Below, in pieces: positions 40,801-48,700 of a DNA stretch of 64,000 nucleotides. The translations under genes and the position numbers were made by a program. How positions within the stretch are numbered: position 1 is the first letter of the stretch; each line of letters begins with the position of its first letter. Origin of the DNA: Phoronis australis (lineage: Eukaryota > Animalia > Phoronida). The DNA lies in NCBI GenBank assembly GCA_002633005.1, contig NMRA01000056.1, positions 786,137 to 850,136 of the forward strand, written 5' to 3'. The notes beneath the pieces are model-generated. The model was not told the DNA's origin, searched no databases, and was given only the letters and a program-made list of their open reading frames with translations.

Positions 40801-43800
40801 ACAACTAACAATGAATGAATCTTCCATCTTTCAAAAATCCTTAACCTCAGTCTTCCACCAGTTCTACGGTAAGTAAATAGCGCCCAGTGTTTAAACAAAT
40901 CGCTATAATGTACTTGCATGTAAGGACAAGAGCCACCAATGTCGTGTTTTTCACTACTTCTAAGTAAATAGGGGTCAGTGTCTAAACAAATCGCTACAGT
41001 GTACTTGCTTGTAGTGACAAGTGCCACCGTTGTCTTGTCTTTGTGCACGTCAGCCACTGCGATAACTGTGGCTCCAGTTCCCACCTCAACGAAGCTGCCA
41101 TCATGCAAATTGCGGTCAATATACGAGTAGAAAGAGAGCTGCTGGAGCACTCCATCGTTATCGAAATCTAAAATAACGTAGTAGTAGTATTAGTCGCAGT
41201 AGCAGTACATTTTCCTTTGACTCAAATTACACAAAAAACGAACCCAAATGATGTGAGGTCCTGTAAAGGCCATTTACATGCCATCTACTCCTTTTGAGAG
41301 GCAAACCAAATGAAAACAAAAAATACGATAGAGGCAATATAAAGTATGAGATTAATAAAGTGACAAGCAAGTTGTTCTTAAATAAGTGTATTTGGCAAAG
41401 AGATCTGAAACAAACCACTGGCCAGTGCTCAGTTGGTATGTTGACATAGTTTTAGAGAATAACACTACACAAGGTGGGTTATAAGTGACCACCAAGTCAC
41501 CCTTTAAAAGATTGGCTAGTGTATGATTTGTCGAAACAGCATTACTTTGCAGATTTTACTATTTAAGGGCCAGCACACAAACAGAACAGCAAATAGCTCA
41601 AGTATGCAGTAAACTGAATGAGCATTTTGCCCTCTTTTACCTGGCCAGTGTCACTCCTCACAGCAGGCAGGTAAGTTGAGGTAAGCGGTCAGAAGATTAT
41701 TGTTGATAGCCAATGAAAACTATTTCATCACTCCACACATGTCCTTCTGGCTCGCTCATTGTAACCAAGAGTATAAAATTTCCGCTGATGACAATGAATG
41801 TAACTGAGCATTTTGCCTTCCTGTGCAGGTAACAATGACCTGAGGTTCATCTGAGTTGAGTCAGAAAACTGAACGTGCAGCTTTCTGTCAGTGAAGGCCC
41901 TTAATAAAATACCTAATGCAACACAAATTAATTAGACCAATCCCCTATTCCTTACTTAAACAGTCCAACAAATCCATGGCATACAAATAAAGTTATTTCA
42001 CAGCTCACTTACCTGGCTTCTTTAAACATGTAATTGCATGCTCCTAACAATGCTAAAAGTATAGCAGGAACTAAACCACAAAGCTATTTTAGCATAATCT
42101 ATGCTAAACAACGTGCAGTTGTATTCCTTGACAATTTGTAAATATGAAAACAAAAAATTCTGTAAATAGCCGACCTGTGCACCAATGACGAACCTCGCAG
42201 GTTCACACACTCCACATCATGCAGTGTTATTCCCCAGCACCACGTCAGGATACTTACTGGACATGAGTCATTCATTTGTGGAGGATCATTTTCGCCACAA
42301 AATTCGTTCTTAAAAACACTTGGCAATTTTTAACTTGCTTCATATTCTCATCTTCACTATATGTTGTGTTCCCAAACAATTTGGCCAAGCAGTCACATGG
42401 ATAAGGAATTAGCCTGCAAGTTCCACTTTAAACAGAATTTACTCGATAACAAGAGCAACACAAAGCACTGAAAGGCACACACAACTGCACTGCAAGTGGT
42501 GTGCTTTTAGAAATGTTTATTAGAATCAGGCAATAATGTAAAATAAAAAGGATACTAGGGGCTTAGCGTAAGATAAATCCATCTGAAACAAGGCACAATT
42601 ACTGGCGTCTCCCTGTAAGAAACTAATTAGTTGAAATTCTATGAATATCCAACAAGGAATTTGGTAAACATGGAGTCTAAAGCCATGGTTCTGGCCAATG
42701 CATGTTTTCCAAAAAACAAAAAATGGAATGGGCCAGGTATGATGACAATTATGAGAACCGAATAAGGATTGACGTGGATGGTATCCATTAGTTCTTTGAA
42801 ATTACTTGAACAGTAATCAAGTCCAGACATCTGGCTTCTACTGTTTTACCCACATCCAGAAGTTCCGCCATTTTAAAAGCTTTTCCGTGCTCAAACAGTA
42901 ATTTTTTCTTCAAATACAGGTACTTGGTACCCATGGAAATTGGAAAAATCCGACTGATAATGACATCTTGTATCCTAAATTTCTGGAACCTAGATGTCAA
43001 GAACATTTGGAACCTAGTTTATGTGGGCATATATACTAACATGACGGCATACAAACCATTCTGAAAAGCTGTTCCATCTTTCAATGTGGAGGAGAGTATA
43101 TCCAATGGACTACTTTCTATTAGCTGTTCTTTAAGTTTATCCTGAAATGAATACAATTCGAGCCAGTAGTCAGTTATTCGAAATTACTCTGATGCTTAGG
43201 TGGGGCAAAAATGGTCAACTTTAAAGTACGATGAAATAAAAATGAAGCACTTGGTAAATTAAGCCAAAAAAACACCACCAGGCCTTTTTCCAGGATTTCG
43301 AAAATAGGGGGTCCAAAATGGGGTTCCCAATATTCCAGGGCGTCCATGATTCCGATGCGTAACCCCCACTCCCAGGACCATTCACCAGCAATCCCCCCAA
43401 CGCAGTTTTTTACAAAAAAAATGCGTAAACCAAAGTTTTTACATCTAAGTTTACAAAACAGAGTTCTGTAGAGAGCTTCTTTACTAAAAAACTGTGTAGA
43501 CCAAGACTTTTACATCTAAATTTCAGAAAACAGCCAAGTAGCTTACCAAACAAATATTAGAGATATTGGTTTAACGATGACTGCACTATGTTTTTGGTGA
43601 TTTCAAGTNTTCCAGGGCGTCCATGATTCCGATGCGTAACCCCCACTCCCAGGACCATTCACCAGCAATCCCCCCAACGCACAGTTTTTTACAAAAAAAA
43701 TGCGTAAACCAAAGTTTTTACATCTAAGTTTACAAAACAGAGTTCTGTAGAGAGCTTCTTTACTAAAAAACTGTGTAGACCAAGACTTTTACATCTAAAT

Positions 43801-45521
43801 TTCAGAAAACAGCCAAGTAGCTTACCAAACAAATATTAGAGATATTGGTTTAACGATGACTGCACTATGTTTTTGGTGATTTCAAGTCAAATTGATGTTA
43901 TAAAGTTTGTCGTATCATTTTAATTAGCTTTAATATTCTGTAAAATGAGGCATCAGAGCTGCCAAGAAAAGTACACAGGGTTAAACTTTTTTGTGACTGT
44001 CGCCAAATTAAATCAAAATATTGCACACACGCACGCACACACCAATAATCTTAAATGGTACCAGTCAATGAAAAGATGCCCAATCCCCTTATCAAATGCG
44101 AAACAATGAAAATAACCTTATTCAACAACAAAAGTGAAATATCACTAACTGATCTTATCTAATAATCTCAAAATTCACCAGAAAATCATTTAGCAGTTGT
44201 TTACAGTATGAATGAACCAAACAAAAATAGTAGTGAAATAAAATTGTCCCATGAAAAGGCCTTCCCAAGTTGAAATCGCAAACTCCAAACTGACACAAAT
44301 AAATCAAAATACAGTAGTGGCGGAGAATTTTTCTGTTGAAGCTATCAGTGAACACTGTTTGGTCCATGGTCTGAATAGAAACATCAATTGGCCTTATTAA
44401 AAAACAAAATAAACAAAGGCTCGCATGCTAAAACATGAGCCAAAACAGACTTTCAAAGAAGACATTGCATGGGGCTTCAGTTCACCATAATTGAGAATGC
44501 AAACAGGCCACATTTTTCCACCAGCTCTAAAGATACCACCATACTTCATGAATACTAGATGTAGTGTTGTGAAACGTGACTTCTGGTTGTGACGACACGT
44601 ACAGCCAGATAAAACCTCTCTAAGTTGCTTGCCAAGCGGCAACTGCCTTTTGGCCGAATGGTTTAGATGCTTGGCAATTGCTCGTGCAACCTAGCTTCAA
44701 GTCTCGGAGTCACTGAACTGTTCTACAGTTATGAACCTGTGCTCCACCTAAGAAGCCAAGCTATGATTTAGTACAGACACCTATAAAATTCGTTTAAATT
44801 TGTTCCTCATTCAGGGGAGAATTTCTTAGGGCCTTGCACCCTCTGAGAATGGAAATCAACCCCCCCATGGCCAACACCAAACCTATTTCTAACAGGTATC
44901 CAAACTTAACATTTAGTCTTTGTTTCAAAGCCTAGCCTTCACTTGAACGAAGGACTCATGTGAATGCTTTTCAATACTGATCTCCTTAGAGCTTGTAGAG
45001 TGTGAACTAATCTGTTTTCTGTTTTGCAGTTTGAGTCTGAAAACACAGTTAATAAAGCCATTTGATAGTCTAAATCGCTAAAATGAAACTGGTCTTGAAT
45101 CAAGTTGAATGACATTAAAACTAAAATTCTTTGTTAAGTGACTGGTTGCCGAGTTCTAAGTAATTTCCTCAATAACTGACAGAAATGCTACTCAAACTAC
45201 CTTATCCAGGGCACCACTTATAATTTTAGTGTCAAAATTAGTTCGCTCTTTATCCTGAAGAAGGGCGTGATGAAGGTAAAATTGTTTCACTGTCAGCGAC
45301 TGCGAAGACATGTCATCTGCCACAGCACCAAAATTGTCATATGTTTCATGATATCTTTCTTCAGACCCAAATTCACTAAGTCTGTAACTCGCTTTGTCAT
45401 TGTTCTCTTTTTCCAAACCTTCTGTATCAAGTAGAGCCTTATTCAGGCTCACACAAATTGTCAGAATTATTAGAAATATCTTTAATCTGACACATTTCCG
45501 CGAACTTATGAAAGCAGCCAT
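4847..45521 (-). CDS. Uncharacterised ~1885-aa secretory-pathway protein with three methyltransferase-like/kinase-like modules, an Asn-rich repeat insert and a Cys-rich C-terminus (32 exons)
   Basis: Phase-consistent exon chain with no internal stop: 45521-45201, 43141-43057, 41167-41009, 40457-40336, 39419-39273, 38857-38657, 37440-37317, 36002-35881, 31978-31847, 30338-28605, 27606-27537, 26299-26235, 25538-25400, 24844-24736, 23589-23481, 22691-22518, 20439-20311, 19480-19320, 18717-18485, 16744-16541, 16088-15982, 14988-14920, 14061-13993, 13847-13725, 12993-12852, 12250-12137, 10426-10344, 8933-8866, 8188-8125, 7589-7478, 6395-6325, 4942-4847 (TAG); 5658 nt in total. All introns are GT-AG except intron 3 (GC-AG proposed). 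Hydrophobic N-terminus KIFLIILTICVSL. Motifs FVEVGTG, YEDMAPWNIVF, YIDYD. Small additional phase-0 exons cannot be excluded. Confidence 0.82.
5740..5982. mobile_element. MITE family A, copy 1
   Basis: Inverted ends GTTCCAAGAAA / TTTCTTGGAAC; clearly similar over about 240 bp to 13070-13313. Confidence 0.75.
6511..6670 (+). mobile_element. tRNA-derived SINE head leading into the minisatellite
   Basis: A-box-like GGTGGTTTTCAGTGG and B-box GGTTCAAATCC (6564-6574) at tRNA-like spacing, followed by non-tRNA body sequence. Confidence 0.6.
6644..7102 (+). repeat. 27-bp minisatellite, about 17 copies (GTGAATGAGAACCTGGATATAATGCGA)
   Basis: Directly visible head-to-tail array with few substitutions; it generates the repetitive ORFs at 6463-7132. 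Confidence 0.97.
7478..12993 (-). other. C-terminal protein-kinase-like catalytic region plus six-Cys segment (exons 25-30 of the large gene)
   Basis: Spliced translation VNHHFDYELDGHSRKYTMH...LPLYEDMAPWNIVFVAGQLRYIDYDTKD...VMAMLMNYQRTVDDFGHC...HCVSSNFDGPCQNTKFPVPCGDYTCKPTYIDCLQSL. DxxxxN followed about 10 residues later by hydrophobic-hydrophobic-D-aromatic-D matches the catalytic-loop and DFG-equivalent spacing of atypical kinases. Confidence 0.6.
12520..12700 (+). repeat. GA-rich purine low-complexity tract
   Basis: Strong A/G bias in intron 25 of the large gene. Confidence 0.7.
13070..13313. mobile_element. MITE family A, copy 2 (PIF/Harbinger-like GGGCCCGTT terminus)
   Basis: GGGGCCCGTTCCAAGAAAACTGACTT ... 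AAGTCAGTTTCTTGGAA; shares the internal GAGATCTTAAGTTTGACTT...GGAAGTTTCAAA...GAGACAAATCTT with copy 1. Confidence 0.75.
15012..15170 (+). repeat. 22-bp minisatellite (ATCATCACAGGGCTTGGAATGA), 3 perfect plus about 4 decaying copies
   Basis: Directly visible; lies just upstream of the acceptor of exon 14988-14920. Confidence 0.92.
17040..17460 (+). mobile_element. Decayed 3' end of a non-LTR retrotransposon (LINE ORF2 C-terminal Cys/His region)
   Basis: Frameshifted peptide RLRCSAHALMIEKVRHLKLNRSERLCPLC / EYHF...PFYDDLKKQYLP resembles the RxSxHxLxIExGR..R.C..C..E.HF...Y post-RT motif of CR1/L2-group LINEs; ends near AATAAA at 17439. Confidence 0.7.
17681..18189. mobile_element. Non-autonomous DNA transposon with TIR AGGTTATGTAGGACCTTA
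   Basis: Inverted copy TAAGGTCCTATACAACCT at 18172-18189; matching single ends near 47678-47697 and 50972-50988. Confidence 0.65.
21637..21739. mobile_element. ~100-bp foldback element, family C, diverged copy
   Basis: AATAGTCACTTACA...TTTTGAGAACCAGTT / AACTGGTTCTCAAAA...TGTGAGTGGCTATT hairpin; the core is shared with 39078 and 62448. Confidence 0.7.
22275..22325 (+). repeat. 17-bp tandem repeat x3 (GACATCCTCCATATTTR)
   Basis: Directly visible. Confidence 0.8.
24864..24970 (+). repeat. Dispersed repeat, copy 1 (matches 30571-30670)
   Basis: CAGAGCAGGTGAGAAA.ATGG...GAATTCA...TATAAAC.AACC...AATCTTG..ACTTGAAAT is present at both sites. Confidence 0.65.
28605..30338 (-). CDS. 1734-nt exon 10 of the large gene: low-complexity region with NNMAD-type repeats
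   Basis: Matches the 596-aa ORF 28515..30305. Acceptor ttcgtag before 30338 and donor gtaaga after 28605, both phase 0, fit the flanking exons. Confidence 0.88.
28960..29320 (-). repeat. Coding 15-bp (sometimes 12-bp) tandem repeat encoding NN(M/V)A(D/V/T)
   Basis: The plus strand reads repeated GTTGTTGTCAGCCAT variants; roughly 25 units, all in frame. Confidence 0.93.
30571..30670 (+). repeat. Dispersed repeat, copy 2 (matches 24864-24970)
   Basis: Same shared blocks in the same order as copy 1. Confidence 0.65.
30870..30935 (-). mobile_element. tRNA-derived SINE fragment
   Basis: Minus strand TCAGTGGTAAGAGCAC...GGTTCGATTCCC (A/B-box remnants); 5' truncated, no closable acceptor stem. Confidence 0.55.
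36069..36247. mobile_element. MITE family E, copy 1
   Basis: TIR AATTGACCTATCGC / GCGATAGGTCAATT; the interior matches the reverse complement of 63461-63644. Confidence 0.78.
36529..36955. mobile_element. MITE with ~55-bp terminal inverted repeats
   Basis: GTTGCATGAAACAGTCCCAAATAGGGACTCA is perfectly inverted as TGAGTCCCTATTTGGGACTGTTTCATGCAAC; AT-rich interior. Confidence 0.85.
39078..39177. mobile_element. ~100-bp foldback element, family C
   Basis: GTCTGATATAACGTGCC..ATTTTGAGAACC / GGTTCTCAAAAT..GGCACGTTATATCAGAC. Confidence 0.8.
39941..40115 (+). mobile_element. Dispersed repeat family F with TA|CAGT terminus (Tc1/mariner-like), one of four copies
   Basis: TACAGTAC...AGTATTCAGACA.AATGACC...GTAGTCTCCCCTGATGAC; related copies at about 57925-58090 (+), 62953-63080 (+) and 53540-53690 (-). 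Confidence 0.6.
42446..42512. repeat. Dispersed repeat fragment (inverted match to 55163-55225)
   Basis: AGAGCAAC.CA.AGC..TGAAA.GCAC...TGCACTGCAA.TGGTGTGCTTTTAG occurs as the reverse complement in an HM13 intron. Confidence 0.6.
43333..43887 (+). repeat. ~277-bp direct duplication on either side of an N (likely assembly artefact)
   Basis: 43333-43608 and 43610-43887 look identical apart from a 2-bp indel (aacgcag vs aacgcacag) and are separated by n at 43609. Confidence 0.9.
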
Positions 45522-45730
45522 GTTTGTTGTTCTCTGCTGACTTATGGGAAAACACGTTCATTTTTAATGAGATTTTAGGTAATTTTTCTGTTTTTTACAC
45601 ACAATGCATATTAATTTTATGTAATTATTGCTAATTTTTAATTTGATTTTCATCTTGGATGAGAAATGACCTTACTAAGAAATACTTGCAACTCTCCAAT
45701 TGGCGAGACTCAACGTAGCACTTCTCAAAA
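45522..45730. promoter_or_regulatory. Compact bidirectional promoter / 5' UTR region shared by the large gene and HM13
   Basis: Divergent ATGs at 45521 (-, context aacATGG) and 45731 (+, context aaaATGG) are 209 bp apart. CCAAT and ATTGG overlap in ccaattgg near 45696. Confidence 0.7.
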
Positions 45731-48700
45731 ATGGCAGACGAAGCAGCCGCAATCGTGAATGAAACTTTAGTAGAAGCCAATGCGAGTGGAAATGCATCGG
45801 CAAAAATTCCGGCAACTCCCGAAGGAATGGCACTAGCGTATGGTAGTTTGTTTTTAATGGCAATCGTGCCCATATTTATTGGGTCTTTTCGATCCGTGAA
45901 GTACCATAAGGAACTGAAGGTAAACATATGAATCTGAATGAGCCGGTTTTTTCCGGCAACATATGGACTGGTTCTTAAACCTTATTATACATCAACGAAG
46001 TTTCAGTGTGTCGTTAAACATAAGTCAGATGTAACAGTTCCAGATTATGAGTTGTGAAGAGAACCAATTACTTCCACTGAACAGCTGAATTCTTGTAGCG
46101 TGTGTAGAACTGGAAGTAGAAGCAACTGGCGCTGGCACTGCTGCACATGTTGAGCTTATTTCGATCTGTTACTGTTAGAATATACACCATTAGTAAAGAA
46201 GGGAGTACTGTGTATTCCTAGTACTGTGTACTCCATTACACAGTGACATAGAATGTGCCAAAAGTCTGGCGAGGTTCGCAATCTCACCATCAAAGCACTC
46301 CTGCATGATTACTTGCAGCTTAGGCTTTGCTTATGGCTTTGATCGCATCAAATGAATTACCATGATTGAAGTACAAGCAGCAGTGTTTGATTTAACAGCC
46401 TGCAGCTTGCCAATGTGACTTCATATTGTGTTTGGCGACCTGGGATATTTACAAGAAGTTGCATTTGGCGAGTTGGTGTTAAGTTGAGCATCAAGCATTG
46501 CATTAGACAGTTATTCCATTAGATCATGTTTGGTGATTAAAATGACATGCTGTGCCAACTTGTATAGCACTGTTTTGAACAATAACAAACTGCCAGTTCT
46601 TTCATGAGCCCTGAAATGGCCATCCATCACTAAGGAATAATGTGAAATCAATTTCATTGTTGTAACTGGTCTAAATCAATTTTTTTGTGATGGAAGGCAA
46701 GCTTAAAAATGCTTTAAACATCCTATTGCAGTGCCAGTGGTCACATGGTAGAAAGTGAAACTGGGACATCTAGGATGTCGTAAAAGGGGGAATGGCAAAC
46801 CACAATTTTAATGAAAATATCACAAGCCCTAAATAAATGGCGTATTTGCACCATTTTTAGTCACAATCATTATTTTTGACGAAAAAAGGAAAAAAAACTT
46901 TTTCTTGGATCCTTTTGATATTTATACAAGTTCTGTTGAAACATCTGAAAGCATCTAATTTCTTATTAATGCATTTTTGTATTTTATGGCTGCGTTTTAG
47001 GACAGTGGTGAGAAGCCGGAGACGATGTCTGGTAAAGATGCGGCCATGTTTCCCGTAGTTGCAAGCTGCGCACTTTTCGGAATTTATTTATTGTTTCAGG
47101 TAATGAGGTGACAGTTCTGATTATTGGCTTTGATTAACATAATGTAAGACTCCAGAAAATATCCAAATTTGGCCAACTTTGGAACAGAAGTGGCTAGTTG
47201 GATTCGTGTGAAACTTGCAGATACTATGCTTTAGTATGTGCAGGTATCAGTCCTCCGCAGATTTCATTAAACACTTGACTCATTTGGTTACAGACTCCCT
47301 TGAGTTTTTTTCTTTCAAAACTCTCTGTCAGACAGCCAATGTTCAGGAGACAAAGTATACAGCAGTTCACCTATCATTGCTATCGATGTCAATAAAACTA
47401 CCCAAAATTTTACACTGTGCATTGCACCATTTATGGTCAAGGTGAAGGGCAAAATGCTAAACCACATAAAATACACAATGCGCAACCCAATACACAATTG
47501 CATAATTTGTTTAGTTCAAATAACAATACATGGAGAGACCTCTGGTGGTGAATGCTCCTAATTAATAGCAGATTGCTAAAGTAAAAAATCAAAGTCTACA
47601 TGCTTTTGGTTTCAGAAAGTATGTAATTTTACTCACTTGAAGTCTAAATTTTTTCAATATTTGACTATAATTGTTGATAAGGTCCTACATAACTTAAAAT
47701 ACAATTAAACTGTTAACTGTTAAAGGTTATGAGTCATGGTCGCCATGTTGGTATGAAGTGTACTGAATTACAGTATAGTGGAGTAGTTTAGAACAGAAAT
47801 TGAAAGTCAATGTGAAAATCTTACAATTGTTCTTATTGTATCAGTGTCATTTGAAAGAATATTATATTCTTCTCTGTTCGCCAGAGGCCAGAATTGTTAC
47901 ATGCCTGAAACGTCTCGTACCAATTAAAGTTTATGTACGTTTAACTAATGCTTTTCACTCACAATCCACTTTTTTAGATTTTTTCAAAGGAATACATCAA
48001 CCTTCTGCTGGCTGTGTACTTCTTTTTTCTTGGTGTGCTTGCGCTCAGCCACATAGCTAGGTGAGTAGATTTATCCAGGGTTGGCAGCGCTGTCTGTGGT
48101 AGTCGCTTACAGTGGTACTGCGTTTTGACAACCAGTTTCTTTCGCTGAATAACAGGCTTCAAACGGGCTTTCAAAATGCGGAAGCCCTGTGAGTCACTGA
48201 TGACGTGCTGTTAATTCCATTTTGTAAGGGATTGTTTATTTCAATTTGGTCAACATGCATCGTTTGCATAGTCTTTAGTCTGTGGACATTGAACATACTG
48301 ACATGGCTTACTATTGCATTAATTTAGATTTGATTCTATCAAATGATGTTAGTTGACTTTTTTGTTGTTTTATTGACAATTGAGAAGAGGATTTATTCAT
48401 ACATGACCGGTGAAGGCAAAACATGATATCCTTCCTAAAATAAAATCAGTTGCTCAGTAGTCCTTTCCATGCTTCTCATGGAAGGTTGATTAAAACCTCT
48501 CCATGTTTTGAGTTAAAAACTGGTAGCTGATTGGCCAAACGAGTGACCTACAATGGAAAGCTCATACATACCATCCTTCTATGTCTGGTTGCAGATACAA
48601 TCTGTATTCGTGTAATAATTTAAAATACAATTATTGTCTTTCATTTTTGGCCAAGATGTTTTCAGGACTCAAAAATATATTGACCTCACTTTTGCCTCAA

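Noticed and set aside
41641-41912. AG/GT-bounded minus-strand block, considered as an exon or a Sec-readthrough exon
   Set aside because: It has stops in all three frames, exon 2 joins exon 3 in phase without it, and no SECIS was seen.
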